A DNA stretch of 64,000 nt from Gemmatimonadales bacterium (GTDB lineage Bacteria; Gemmatimonadota; Gemmatimonadetes; Gemmatimonadales; GWC2-71-9), in assembly GCA_045803515.1 (NCBI GenBank), contig JBJMOX010000341.1, positions 4,180 to 68,179 of the forward strand, in the 5' to 3' direction. Position numbers and translations under genes: made by a program. Under the pieces are notes generated by a model, which was given only the letters and a program-made list of their open reading frames with translations, was not told the DNA's origin and did no database searches. Below are positions 7,450 through 17,634 of the stretch, one piece after another (within the stretch, counting starts at the first letter, position 1; each line of letters begins with the position of its first letter).

Positions 7450-10101
7450 CTAGGTCTGAAGCGCAGCGAGCGTCGGCCGGCTGGTTCCGGTGCCCCGAAC
7501 GACGCCTTCTACCCGCCGGGACAGATCCAGAGACCGCGCCGCGACGCCCTGGACGTCCTCGGCGGTGACATTTCGAAACATTGCCGCCGGATCCACCAGC
7601 TCACCCAGGCCGCGGCCCGCTACCCAGGCGTCGAGGATCTCACCCGCGAGCGCAGCTCCGCTCTGCCGGCTCACCTCGGCCTGGCCTGCCAGATAGTTGA
7701 CGGCCTGCCTGAGCTCCGGCTCGCTGGCCGGCTCCCGGGTGAAGCGCTCGAGCTCCTCCAGCATTGCCTCCCGAGCCTCGTCCTCCCGCTCCGGTGACGT
7801 TGCGATGTAGGTCACCAGCGCTCCCGCCCGAGCCTTCTGCCAGGCGGAGGCGACGACGGTGTAGGCCAGCGATCGGCGATCGCGGAGCGACTCGAACAGC
7901 CTCCCTCCGAGGCCGCTCGCGACCGCCGCCCAGACCTGGGCCGCCGCGCGATCGGGATCCCCCCGGGCTGGCCCTGGGAACCCCATCGCTAGCGCGGCTT
8001 GTGCCTTGTCCCGCCGCACGACCCGGCTCGGCGGCCCTCCGGTCTCCCCGGCGATCCAGTCGATCCCCGGGAGCCGGCCGAGCGGCGGGCGGGTTGGGTG
8101 GTGCTGGAACACGCCGGAAAGCCTCGCGGCCGCATCGTCCGGCTCGACATCCCCCACCGCGATTACGACCGGCCGTACGGTCAGGAGGGAGCGGTTGTGC
8201 CAGGCCCTCACATCCGCCGGCGCGATGGCCGCCAGGGTATGCGGTAGCCCCATCACCGGGAGCCCGTAGCCCCGATCCCCGAATGCGATCTCGAAGGCCA
8301 GCTGGAAGGGGTACCGGAACATGTCGTCGGTTACCTGCTCCGCTTCCGCGATCATCAGCCCCCGCTCCCGCTCCACGTCGGTCCCCGACAGGATCGGCGC
8401 GGTGTACACCAGATCGATCAACCAAGCCGCTTCCGCCAGGTTCTCCGCCAGCACGGTGGTGCCCAGCCCGAGCCAGTCGGAGGCCGCAGCCGGGCTCAGG
8501 CTTCCGCCCAGTCGCTCGAAGGCGAAAGCCAGCCCTCCAGCGTCGAAGCCGTCTGCTCCCCGAACCGAGCTCCGCATCACCAGAGAGCCGAGGCCGGCCT
8601 GGGCGGGTGGATCGAGGTGCACTCGAGGGACGTAGAGGCCCAGGGTCACCAGCGGCACGCCCGGCTTCCGGCGCACCAGCAGATCCACGCCAGGCAAAGC
8701 CACGTGCAGGACGTCGGCCTCCTTGCGGCCAGGCACGGTCACGGGTGGACGGCGCTCTGGGAGAGTCGCGGGAACGGCAGGTAGAGGCTCGAGTCTCGAT
8801 ACCGCAAAGCGCCGGGCGAGGCCATCCGCCGTCACAGCGTTCCCTTCCTCTTCGGGAAGGTAGACCACGCCGGCCACCGCCTCCGGGTCGAGATACCGCG
8901 CGGCGACGAGCCGCACGTCCTCCGGCCGCACCGCACCGAGCGCCTGGTACTCGCGGTCCAGGAAGGCGAACCCGTCCAGCGCCTCTGCGGCGGCCAGGGA
9001 CGCGGCGCGGCCTTCCATCGCTTCCAGCCGGCGAGCCCAGCGGGCCCGGAGCAGCGTTCGGGCGCGCTCGAGGTCCTCGTCCGAGGGACCCGCCATCGCG
9101 AGGCGTGCGACCGACTCGGCGACGCCGTCGAGAGCGGCAGGCACCCGTTCGGGGGCGAGCTCGGCGGACGCGCTGAACACGCCCACCTCGGTCGGCGCAT
9201 AGTTGTGGGCGGCGGCCCAGGTCACGATGCCCGGCTCACGGAGCCGCCGGTACAGCCAGCTCCCCCGGCCGGAGCCCAGGATCCCAGCGGCGATGTCGAG
9301 GGCGGCGGAATCGGCATGGAGCGGCGGGACCGTGCGCCAGCCGAGCGTCAGCTCCGCCTGGGTGACGTCGCCCCGGAGCGTGCGCGCCCGCACCTCCCGG
9401 CGAGGCGGCTCCTCGGGAGAACGATCGACCGCGCCCGGACGAGCCGCCCAGTCCCCATACTTCGCCTCTGCCAGGCCGAGCGCCCGTTCCGGGTCCACCG
9501 CGCCCACGATAGCCACGATGATCCGCTCGGGCACGTAGCGCGACTGGTAATACTCCCACAGGTCGTCGCGGGTGAGCCGCGCCAGCTCCGGCTCGTGCCC
9601 GATCCGCCACCGGCGGATGCGGTGGCGGTCGAACATCACCTCGTGCAGGGTCTCGTAGGCGACCGAGGACGGCGTGTCCAGCTTGCGCTTGGCTTCCTGG
9701 ATGATGACCTGCAGCTCACGGGCGAGCTCACCCGGGTCGATGGTCGAGTGGCGCAGCGCGTCGGCCTGAATGTCGAGCGCGGCTTCGAGGCCGAGGGCGG
9801 GCAGGACGGCGAAGTAGCTGGTGTGATCGTAACTGGTGCTGGCGTTGAGATACCCACCAGCGCTCTTGGTCTCCCGGGCAATGGCACCGACGCCCCGGCG
9901 CTCGGTGCCTTTGAAGAACATGTGCTCCAGCACGTGGGAGATGCCGATCCAGCGGTCGGGCTCATCGAAGAATCCCGCCTTGACGTGGGTCACCACGGCC
10001 ACGACGGGCGCGGAGCGGTCCTCTTGGACCAGGAGCGTCAGCCCGTTGGGCAAGACGTGGCGGCGGACGCCGGCGGTCCACAGCGGCGATGCGGAGGACA
10101 C
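7450..10101 (-). CDS. M16-family zinc peptidase, fused double module (pitrilysin-like)
   Basis: 883 aa. Inverted zinc motif HVLEHMFFKG (HxxEH) in the N-terminal half. The second half looks like an M16 unit without the motif. Confidence 0.85.
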   Translation of the reverse strand: MSSASPLWTAGVRRHVLPNGLTLLVQEDRSAPVVAVVTHVKAGFFDEPDRWIGISHVLEHMFFKGTERRGVGAIARETKSAGGYLNASTSYDHTSYFAVLPALGLEAALDIQADALRHSTIDPGELARELQVIIQEAKRKLDTPSSVAYETLHEVMFDRHRIRRWRIGHEPELARLTRDDLWEYYQSRYVPERIIVAIVGAVDPERALGLAEAKYGDWAARPGAVDRSPEEPPRREVRARTLRGDVTQAELTLGWRTVPPLHADSAALDIAAGILGSGRGSWLYRRLREPGIVTWAAAHNYAPTEVGVFSASAELAPERVPAALDGVAESVARLAMAGPSDEDLERARTLLRARWARRLEAMEGRAASLAAAEALDGFAFLDREYQALGAVRPEDVRLVAARYLDPEAVAGVVYLPEEEGNAVTADGLARRFAVSRLEPLPAVPATLPERRPPVTVPGRKEADVLHVALPGVDLLVRRKPGVPLVTLGLYVPRVHLDPPAQAGLGSLVMRSSVRGADGFDAGGLAFAFERLGGSLSPAAASDWLGLGTTVLAENLAEAAWLIDLVYTAPILSGTDVERERGLMIAEAEQVTDDMFRYPFQLAFEIAFGDRGYGLPVMGLPHTLAAIAPADVRAWHNRSLLTVRPVVIAVGDVEPDDAAARLSGVFQHHPTRPPLGRLPGIDWIAGETGGPPSRVVRRDKAQAALAMGFPGPARGDPDRAAAQVWAAVASGLGGRLFESLRDRRSLAYTVVASAWQKARAGALVTYIATSPEREDEAREAMLEELERFTREPASEPELRQAVNYLAGQAEVSRQSGAALAGEILDAWVAGRGLGELVDPAAMFRNVTAEDVQGVAARSLDLSRRVEGVVRGTGTSRPTLAALQT

Positions 10102-10113
10102 GATGGGTGCTCC

Positions 10114-11232
10114 TTACATCACGATTCGCAGCACGCCGGCTTCGGCGCTACCACGAATGAAGGCCTCCGCGTCGGTGGTGGGGATGACGACCCCGGTCTC
10201 GGTCTGCCCCCGCCGAGCCAGGCTGGCCATGAAGTCGGTGAGTGATCCGTGAGCCCATTCGCGATCCGCGGCCTTCATCTGCAGCAGGATCTCGTCCCAG
10301 CTCCCCCGGATCGCCTGTCCTCCCAGCGTCACGACCAGGTGGGATTCGCCCTGGCCGGGCCGCTTCTGCATCGCGTGGAGCTCGCTGAGCAGGGTGCCGA
10401 ACAGCTCCAGCTGGTGCGGGTCGCGCACGCTGCCGTCGGGCTGCTGCGCCTCCACTTCGGCCAGCAGCATGTCGATCGCGTCGGGCTCGCCCGCCACCTC
10501 GCCCAGACGGGCCAGCCACGGGGTGAGCTCGGGATCTTCGTCGGGCAGCCGGTAGATCATCTTCTTGAGCTCGATGTTCCGCCAGATGCCCAGCTCGTCG
10601 AAATGATCCTCGGGCTGGGTCCGCTCCAACTGGTGCAGCGCCGCTTCGGTCTCCCCGCGATCGTAGAGCAGGTTCGCCAGGTAGATCCGCGCCTCGGCGT
10701 AGCTGGCGTCGATCTCGAGCGCGCGCCTGAGCCAGTAGAGCGAGCCCGCGTCGTTGCCCAGCCGATGCGAGGCATAGCCCAGGCAGGCCGCCGCGTCTGG
10801 CGAGTCGGGGTGGGCGGACGCGGCCAGATCGAAGAACCGGTGGGCCGGACCCACCAGCCCTTCACGGAACAGGGCGCGGCCGACCTGGAGCATCAGCTCA
10901 TGATCGTCCTGAAAGCCGAGCTGGAGGATCCGCTCGAAGGCCCGCATGGAGCCGGAGCGGTCGCCCACCTTGAGCAGGGTCTCTCCCAGGCCGGCCAGGC
11001 CGTCCTCATGGTCCGGGTCGAGGGACAGGGCCTGCTCGAAGCTCCGCCGGGCCCAGGCGTACTCCTCCCGGGCGAGGTGGGCATAGGCCCTTCCGACGTG
11101 GAGCTCGACTGCATGGGGGTAGAGCGAGATGCCTTCGTTGAGGATCGTCAGGGCTTCATCGTAGCGGCCTTCATTATAGAGGTGATGGGCTTGTTCGTCG
11201 AAGTCGTCGGAGCTGAGGAATGCGTCCGACAT
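10114..11232 (-). CDS. TPR-repeat protein
   Basis: 372 aa with repeated A-x3-Y/F-x2-A-L-x2-P tetratricopeptide-like units. Ends 12 nt upstream of the M16 gene. Confidence 0.7.
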   Translation of the reverse strand: MSDAFLSSDDFDEQAHHLYNEGRYDEALTILNEGISLYPHAVELHVGRAYAHLAREEYAWARRSFEQALSLDPDHEDGLAGLGETLLKVGDRSGSMRAFERILQLGFQDDHELMLQVGRALFREGLVGPAHRFFDLAASAHPDSPDAAACLGYASHRLGNDAGSLYWLRRALEIDASYAEARIYLANLLYDRGETEAALHQLERTQPEDHFDELGIWRNIELKKMIYRLPDEDPELTPWLARLGEVAGEPDAIDMLLAEVEAQQPDGSVRDPHQLELFGTLLSELHAMQKRPGQGESHLVVTLGGQAIRGSWDEILLQMKAADREWAHGSLTDFMASLARRGQTETGVVIPTTDAEAFIRGSAEAGVLRIVM

Positions 11233-11309
11233 TGGCGGGCCTCCGGCGGGTAGGTTACTGCAACTTAGGAACTTCCGCAGATGGGAGCAAGAGAAGTCCG
11301 GGAGCCGGG

Positions 11310-11351
11310 TTGACGGGGCCGAGTGCCGTCATATATTACTGACCCGTCAGT
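11310..11351 (+). promoter_or_regulatory. Sigma-70-like promoter with overlapping palindromic operator for the TetR-efflux operon
   Basis: TTGACG (11310-11315), 16-nt spacer, TATATT (11332-11337). This is directly followed by the palindrome ACTGACCCGTCAGT (11338-11351). A related inverted repeat TGACGG-N9-CCGTCA spans 11311-11330. Confidence 0.55.
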
Positions 11352-11377
11352 TAGTTACTTCACCAGCGAGGCACCGC

Positions 11378-12064
11378 TTGGCTACTCCCGATCCCGCCGA
11401 CACTACCACTCCCCGCTGGCAACGGCGCCCCGAGGCCCGCCCGGAGGAGATCATCGATGCCGCGCAGCAGGTGTTCGGGGAAACCGGCTTCGCCCGGACC
11501 AAGCTGGAGGACGTGGCCCGCATCGCCGGCGTGAGCAAGGGCACAGTCTATCTCTACTTCGACTCCAAAGAATCACTGTTCCGTGCGATGGTGCGGGCCA
11601 AGGTGGTCGCGGCCCTCACCGAGCTGGAGGAGATCGTCCGCGGCCACGAGGGTCCCGCCGGCGAGTTGCTGGCCAGCCTGATCCGGCGGATGTACCGCCG
11701 CATGCGCAACGATCAGATGGCCCGCATCAGCCGGCTGGTCCATGCGGAGCTGAGCAACTTCCCCGAGCTGGCCAAGTTCTACTTCGAGGAAGTGATCCTC
11801 CGCGCTCGCCGTCTGATCGAGGACGTGATCCGGCGGGGCGTCGAGGCCGGCGAGTTTCGCGCCGTCCCGAACGGGTTCGCCGCCCGGGGGCTCTGCTCTC
11901 TCCTGGTGCAGACCGCCCAGGTCCAGTGCTTCTTCCACGGCTACGATCCCGGCGCCCTGACCGAAGAGCAGGCGCTCGAAGGACTGATCGATCTGTACCT
12001 GAACGGAGTGCTCGCGCGCCCAACCGTCCGGATTCAGCTCCCGGCGCGACCGGCGGCCATCTGA
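11378..12064 (+). CDS. TetR/AcrR-family transcriptional regulator
   Basis: N-terminal HTH (FARTKLEDVARIAGVSKGTVYLYF) typical of TetR. TTG start. Confidence 0.9.
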   Translation: MATPDPADTTTPRWQRRPEARPEEIIDAAQQVFGETGFARTKLEDVARIAGVSKGTVYLYFDSKESLFRAMVRAKVVAALTELEEIVRGHEGPAGELLASLIRRMYRRMRNDQMARISRLVHAELSNFPELAKFYFEEVILRARRLIEDVIRRGVEAGEFRAVPNGFAARGLCSLLVQTAQVQCFFHGYDPGALTEEQALEGLIDLYLNGVLARPTVRIQLPARPAAI

Positions 12065-12076
12065 GGAATCGCCCGC

Positions 12077-13393
12077 ATGCCTCGCCTTCTGCTTGCCCTG
12101 ATGCTGGTCGCGCCGCTCCCCATCGGCCCCCTCGCCGCCCAGCAGCAGCCCGTGGCCCCCAGCGGCCCGCTCACCCTGTTGCAGGCCATCTCGCTCGGTC
12201 GCCAGCAGGGAGTCAACGCCGCCGTCGCGCGGCTCGAGCTGCGAGCGGCCAACGCCAAGGTGGCCGAGCGGCGGGCGGACCTGCTCCCCAACATCAGCGG
12301 CAACGCGTCGTACCTGCGGCAGACGGTCAACCTGGATCAGTTCGGGATCCCGATCGCCAGCGGGGTCACCGACCCGTTCAACATCTACACCCTGCAGCTC
12401 CGCGGCGAGCAGCTGCTCTTCGACGCGAGCACGATCACCCGGCTCCGGGCGGCACGGGATACGGCTCTCGCCTCCGGGCTCGACGCCCAGGCGGTAGGCG
12501 AGATCGCCGGCGCCACTGCGGGACTGGCGTATCTCCGCGCGCTCAGCGCCGACGAGACGGTGCGGGCCCGCCAGGCGGACAGCGTGGTGGCGGCGCAGCT
12601 GCTCGATCAGGCTCGTCAACTGGTCTCCGCCGGAGTCAGTCCCGCTATCGACGCCACCCGCAGCGAGGTGAGCTTCGCCTCGGTGCGGACCCAGCTCGAG
12701 CTCGCGCGCAACTCGGCCGACCGCGCCCGGCTCGATCTGCTGCGGACGCTCGACCTCTCCTCGGGCACCCGGCTCCAGCTGGCCGACTCGCTGGGCCTCG
12801 GCGCCCTCGACCTGCCGCTCGCGCCCGATACGGCAGCCGCGTTCGCCCGGGAACACCGTGCGGAGCTCGCCGCCGAGCGCAACCGGACCAAGGCCGCCCG
12901 GAGCTCGCTGAGCGCCATCCGCGAGGAGAACCTGCCCAGTCTGTCGCTCAACGGCTCGTATCAGCAGACTGGCCAGAAGACCAGCACCCTGGCCGGGAGT
13001 TACAACGTGCAATTGCTGCTCAGCGTGCCGATCCTCGACGGCTTCCGCCGCCAGAGTCGCGCGAAGGAGCAATCCGCCCGGCTCGAGGTGCAGCAGCTCC
13101 GGGAGCACGATCTGGTGAACCAGATCGAGACCGAGGCCCGGCAGTCGGTGCTCGATCTCGCCTCGGCCCAGCAGCAGGTCGCCATCGCCGGCGACCGGCT
13201 CCGCCTGGCCGAGCAGGAACTGTCCCAAGCCCAGGAGCGGTTTCAGAGTGGTGTCGCCAGCAGTGTGGAAACGACCAACGCCCAGAGCTCGGTGATCGCC
13301 GCGCGTGACGCGCTGATCCAGGCTCGGGTCAACTATGGCACCGCCCGGGTGAGCGCCTACCGCGCGCTGGGCGTCATCGATCAACTGAAGTAA
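12077..13393 (+). CDS. TolC-family outer-membrane efflux protein
   Basis: 438 aa. Signal peptide and a two-fold repeated coiled/beta pattern characteristic of OEP/TolC. First structural gene of the efflux operon. Confidence 0.85.
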   Translation: MPRLLLALMLVAPLPIGPLAAQQQPVAPSGPLTLLQAISLGRQQGVNAAVARLELRAANAKVAERRADLLPNISGNASYLRQTVNLDQFGIPIASGVTDPFNIYTLQLRGEQLLFDASTITRLRAARDTALASGLDAQAVGEIAGATAGLAYLRALSADETVRARQADSVVAAQLLDQARQLVSAGVSPAIDATRSEVSFASVRTQLELARNSADRARLDLLRTLDLSSGTRLQLADSLGLGALDLPLAPDTAAAFAREHRAELAAERNRTKAARSSLSAIREENLPSLSLNGSYQQTGQKTSTLAGSYNVQLLLSVPILDGFRRQSRAKEQSARLEVQQLREHDLVNQIETEARQSVLDLASAQQQVAIAGDRLRLAEQELSQAQERFQSGVASSVETTNAQSSVIAARDALIQARVNYGTARVSAYRALGVIDQLK

Positions 13394-13420
13394 ACCGCGG
13401 ATCAGGAACCGAGACCGAAC

Positions 13421-14518
13421 ATGTCGACCGATATCGCAATAGATGTCCCCGCGACCGCCGCGCCCGAGGCGACCAGGACCGGCTCCCGCCGCCTGACGAT
13501 CCTGGTGGCGGTCCTGCTGGTCCTTACGCTGGCCGGCTGGGGGGTGCGCCGCTACATCTTCTCCCGCCACCACGTGAACACGGACAACGCCCAGGTGGAC
13601 GGCCACATCACGGTGGTGAGCCCGCGGATCCAGGGCTTCATCGGCCGGGTGCTGGTGGAGGAGAATCAGCACGTGAAAGCCGGCGATACCCTGGTCGTGC
13701 TCGACGATCGCGATGTCCGGGTGCGGCTGCAGCAGGCGGAGGCGGAGCTGCGCGATGCGCAGACCTCCGTCAGCCTGCGCGGCCGGGCCGGCCAGGCCGA
13801 GTCACAGCTCCAGGCCACCCAGGCACAGGCGGCGTCGGCCCAGGCGGCGGTCTCGGCAGCCGAGGCGAACTTCCGGAAGGCCGCGTCCGACCTGGAGCGG
13901 TATCGCGGACTCGCGGCCAAGCAGATCGTCTCCGCCCAACAGCTCGACGCCGCCCAGGCGGCATACGATGCCGCGAACGCCAACCTCCTGGCCGCCCGGA
14001 AGCAGGCCGCCGCCGCCGGGAGCCAGGTGACCGCCTCGGGCGCCGCGGTCCGCGGAGCCGACGCCCGGGTGGCGGCCGCCCAGGCCGCGGTGGACAACGC
14101 CCGGCTGCAGCTCAGCTACACGGCGCTGCTCGCGCCGGTGGACGGAATGGTGGCCAAGCGCACCGCCGAGCCCGGCGCCCTGGTGCAGGTGGGGCAGAAC
14201 CTGATGTCAGTCGTCCCGGACAGGGACATCTGGGTCACCGCCAATCTCAAGGAGACCCAGCTCGACAAGGTCAGGGTCGGTGACCCGGTCGACTTCACCG
14301 TGGACGCGTACGACGACCTCACCTTCCATGGCAAGGTCGAGAGCCTGAGCCCGGCGACCGGGGCACGTTTCGCGCTGCTCCCGCCCGACAACGCCACCGG
14401 CAACTTCACCAAGGTGGTGCAGCGCGTGCCGGTGCGGATCGCGGTCGAGCAGTCGGGCGACCCGGCCCACCCGTTGCGGCCGGGCATGTCGGTCGACGTC
14501 ACAATCGCCACCGACTGA
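13421..14518 (+). CDS. HlyD/EmrA-family membrane fusion protein
   Basis: N-terminal TM anchor, long Ala/Gln coiled coil and C-terminal beta-barrel region (YTALLAPVDGMV). Sits between the TolC and MFS genes. Confidence 0.85.
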   Translation: MSTDIAIDVPATAAPEATRTGSRRLTILVAVLLVLTLAGWGVRRYIFSRHHVNTDNAQVDGHITVVSPRIQGFIGRVLVEENQHVKAGDTLVVLDDRDVRVRLQQAEAELRDAQTSVSLRGRAGQAESQLQATQAQAASAQAAVSAAEANFRKAASDLERYRGLAAKQIVSAQQLDAAQAAYDAANANLLAARKQAAAAGSQVTASGAAVRGADARVAAAQAAVDNARLQLSYTALLAPVDGMVAKRTAEPGALVQVGQNLMSVVPDRDIWVTANLKETQLDKVRVGDPVDFTVDAYDDLTFHGKVESLSPATGARFALLPPDNATGNFTKVVQRVPVRIAVEQSGDPAHPLRPGMSVDVTIATD

Positions 14519-14525
14519 GCCGGCG

Positions 14526-16112
14526 ATGGGCACCCTGGCACTTCCTTCGCCGGCCAGGCCACTGGGCCGTGACGTGGTCTTTCGCGCCCGCTACGTCATC
14601 GCGTTCGCGGTGACCCTGGCGAGCGTGCTCGAGCTGGTGGATACCAGCATCGTCAACGTGGCGATTCCCCACATGATGGGGAACCTCGGCGCGACCCTCG
14701 ACGAGGTAGCCTGGGTCAGCACCGGATACATCGTGGCCAACGTCATCGTGCTCCCGCTGACCAGCTGGCTTTCGGTCCGGTTCGGCCGGCGGAACTACTA
14801 CACCGGCTCGATCCTCCTCTTCACCACGGCCTCGTTCTTCTGCGGCAGCGCCGGGTCGCTCGAAAGCCTGGTGTTCTGGCGGGTGGTGCAGGGCATCGGC
14901 GGCGGCGCCCTCATCAGCACCGCGCAGGCCATTCTGTTCGACGTCTTTCCCCTGCACGAGCGCGCCAAGGCCATGGCGATCTTCGGTATGGGCGTCATGG
15001 TCGGCCCGACCCTCGGCCCCACGCTCGGCGGCTGGATCACCGACAACTACTCCTGGCCGTGGATCTTCTACATCAATGTGCCGCTGGGGCTGCTGGCCGG
15101 GTTCATGACCTGGCGCAACGTCCCCGAGCCGACGCACGCGGTGCAGCAGAGCGACGGCGTCGACTGGCTGGGACTGCTCTTCCTCATCATGGGCATCGGG
15201 GCGCTCCAGATTCTGCTCGAGCGCGGGGAGTCGAAGGATTGGTTCGAGTCCCGCGAGATCCTGGTCGAGAGCGTCATCGCGGGCCTCGGTCTGGTGCTCT
15301 TCGTCTGGCACGAGCTCCGCACCCCCAATCCGATCGTCGACCTTCGCATCCTCAAGAACCGCCAGCTGACCGCCGGGGTGATCTTCGGCTTGATGCTCGG
15401 GTTCGCGCTGTACGCCAGTGTCTTCGCGCTGCCGGTCTTCCTGCAGAATCTCCGGGGCTACACGGCCTGGGATACCGGGAAGGTGATTCTCCCTGGCGCG
15501 ATCGCGGCGGCCGTGACCATGGCCACGATGGGACGGCTCGCGCCCAGGTTCGACGCGCGGGGGTTGATCACCCTGGGCGTTTCCCTCTTCATGTGGTCGA
15601 TGTGGCTGCACGCCCATCTCACCACCCTGAGCGGCACCTCCGACCTGTTCTGGCCGATGATCCTCCGCGGCGTCGGCCTGGGCTTCATCTTTGTCCCCTT
15701 GACCGGTGTCGCCGTGGCCGACCTCAAGCCCAACCAGCTGGCGCAGGGCACCGGTCTCTTCAACCTCTCCCGCCAGCTGGGCGGCAGTTTCGGGATCGCC
15801 GTCACGGCTACCCTGCTCACCCGGTTCACCGAGCAGAGCCGGGAGGCGCTGCTGCCGCATCTCTCCTCCGGTGACACGGTGACCCGCGGCTGGCTGCAGC
15901 AGGTGACCGACCGGATGCTGGCCCAGGGCGGCACCCTGGCGCAGGCCCAGATGAAGGCGCACGCGGTGCTGGACAACGTGCTTCACGCCCAGGCGTCCAT
16001 GATCGCGTTCGAAAAGGTCTTCCTGACGATGGGAATCACCTTCGTCTGCGCCCTCCCGCTGCTGTTCCTCTTCCGAACCGGGCGTTCCCGCGGCGGCAGC
16101 GCGGCCCACTGA
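14526..16112 (+). CDS. MFS drug:H+ antiporter, DHA2 (EmrB/QacA) family
   Basis: 528 aa with about 14 TM segments. LDTSIVNVAIPHM and GWITD motifs are typical of EmrB. Confidence 0.9.
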   Translation: MGTLALPSPARPLGRDVVFRARYVIAFAVTLASVLELVDTSIVNVAIPHMMGNLGATLDEVAWVSTGYIVANVIVLPLTSWLSVRFGRRNYYTGSILLFTTASFFCGSAGSLESLVFWRVVQGIGGGALISTAQAILFDVFPLHERAKAMAIFGMGVMVGPTLGPTLGGWITDNYSWPWIFYINVPLGLLAGFMTWRNVPEPTHAVQQSDGVDWLGLLFLIMGIGALQILLERGESKDWFESREILVESVIAGLGLVLFVWHELRTPNPIVDLRILKNRQLTAGVIFGLMLGFALYASVFALPVFLQNLRGYTAWDTGKVILPGAIAAAVTMATMGRLAPRFDARGLITLGVSLFMWSMWLHAHLTTLSGTSDLFWPMILRGVGLGFIFVPLTGVAVADLKPNQLAQGTGLFNLSRQLGGSFGIAVTATLLTRFTEQSREALLPHLSSGDTVTRGWLQQVTDRMLAQGGTLAQAQMKAHAVLDNVLHAQASMIAFEKVFLTMGITFVCALPLLFLFRTGRSRGGSAAH

Positions 16113-16176
16113 GGGCCGCGGCCGCCTCACACACTCGACCGCTGGTGGGGGCGCCGGATTGGCGTAGCTTTCCGGC

Positions 16177-17634
16177 GTGACCTTCCAGCGTAAGCTCCTG
16201 TTCGGCTTCTCCCTCATGGTATTGCCCGCGCTCCTGGTCGGAGCGGAGGCCATCCGCAACAACGCGCTGGAGCGCCGGGCGCTCCAGGCGCTGGGCGAGA
16301 GCATGTCGCGCACCCGCACCTACGCGGAGCTGGAGACCGCGATGTTCAACCAGAGCGAGGTCATCTGGCGCTACCTGAGCGGCCTCGACCCCGGGGCGCG
16401 CCGGGAGTTTGAGCTGACCGGCGAGGTGGTCGACTACTGGCAGCAGCGCTGGCGGAGGGAGCTCCGGCCCGAGGAGATGCAACTGGCCGACGGCGTCGCC
16501 GGAATCCAGCGTCAGATCGTCCGGGTGGCGGACAGCATCTTCGTGCTGGATGACGCCGGGCAGCGGGAGGCCGCGTACCGCCTGGCGCAGCGCGATCTCA
16601 AGACCCGGCTGCTCCCCGCCCTGACCGCCATGAACCGAGAGATCTACCGCCGGGCCCGCGAGTCCAGTGTGCGGGGGGCCTACTCCCGGTTGCAGGAAAT
16701 CCTCGGGGCCGAAGCCCGGAGCCTGCTCGCGATCATCGTGCTCTCCCTGGCGCTCGGGCTGCTCGCGTCCTGGCTGATCTCGCGCAGCCTTGCCCGGCCG
16801 GTCAGCGAGCTCACCCGGGCGATGGCCATCGTCGGCTCGGGACAGCTCGAGCATCCGATCAGGGCCACCTCGCGAGACGAGATCGGGGACCTTGCCCGCG
16901 CGCTGGCCAGTATGACCGAGAACCTGCGGCAGTCCCGGGCGCAGCTGGTGCAGTCCGAGAAGCTGGCCTCCATCGGCGAGATGGCCGCGGCCGTGGCGCA
17001 CGGCCTCCGCAATCCGCTCGGCAGCCTGAGGGCCGCGGCCCAGCTGGTGCGCCGCCATCCCGAGTCTCCCTCGTCCGGCGAGCATCTGGACGCCATCATC
17101 GAGGAAGTCGATCGGCTCGACCGGCGGATCAGAGACCTCCTGAGCTTCAGCCGTCCGGCGCCCTATCGGCCGATGTCCGAGAGCCTGCCACGCCTGGTCG
17201 AGGGACTCCTGCCGGCCTTCACCCAGCCGCTCAGGGAGCACCGGGTCGAGCTGAAGGTGGCGATGGCTTCCAACCTGCCCGAAGTACAGGTGGATCCGAT
17301 GCAACTGGAGCAGGCGGTCGTGGAGGTGGTCTCCAACGCGCTGGACGCGATGCCCGCGGGCGGGCACCTCAGAATCACCGGCTCGACCGAGGATGGAGCG
17401 GTCGGTCCCGCCGAGGTGACCCTGGAGGTGAGCGACACCGGCCCCGGAATTCCCGAACAGGTCCTCGCCTCGGTCTGCGAGCCGTTCTTCACCACGCGCC
17501 AGGAGGGCACCGGCCTGGGGCTGGCGATCGCCAAGCGGTACGTCGAGCAGAACGGCGGACGCCTGGAGATCGAAAGCCGGATCGGTGAGGGGACCACGGT
17601 GCGGATCCGGCTGCCGGCGAGGCATTCGTCGTGA
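16177..17634 (+). CDS. Sensor histidine kinase with HAMP domain
   Basis: TM-periplasmic-TM-HAMP architecture. H-box AHGLRNPL, N-box VVSNALDAM, G-boxes DTGPGIP and GTGLGLAIA. GTG start. Confidence 0.9.
   Translation: MTFQRKLLFGFSLMVLPALLVGAEAIRNNALERRALQALGESMSRTRTYAELETAMFNQSEVIWRYLSGLDPGARREFELTGEVVDYWQQRWRRELRPEEMQLADGVAGIQRQIVRVADSIFVLDDAGQREAAYRLAQRDLKTRLLPALTAMNREIYRRARESSVRGAYSRLQEILGAEARSLLAIIVLSLALGLLASWLISRSLARPVSELTRAMAIVGSGQLEHPIRATSRDEIGDLARALASMTENLRQSRAQLVQSEKLASIGEMAAAVAHGLRNPLGSLRAAAQLVRRHPESPSSGEHLDAIIEEVDRLDRRIRDLLSFSRPAPYRPMSESLPRLVEGLLPAFTQPLREHRVELKVAMASNLPEVQVDPMQLEQAVVEVVSNALDAMPAGGHLRITGSTEDGAVGPAEVTLEVSDTGPGIPEQVLASVCEPFFTTRQEGTGLGLAIAKRYVEQNGGRLEIESRIGEGTTVRIRLPARHSS

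Noticed and set aside
14535-15320. TGGCAC-containing -24/-12-like strings (TGGCACTTCCTTCGC at 14535; TGGCACGAGCTCCGC at 15305)
   Set aside because: Both lie inside the MFS transporter coding sequence with poor -12 elements. They are expected by chance in GC-rich DNA.
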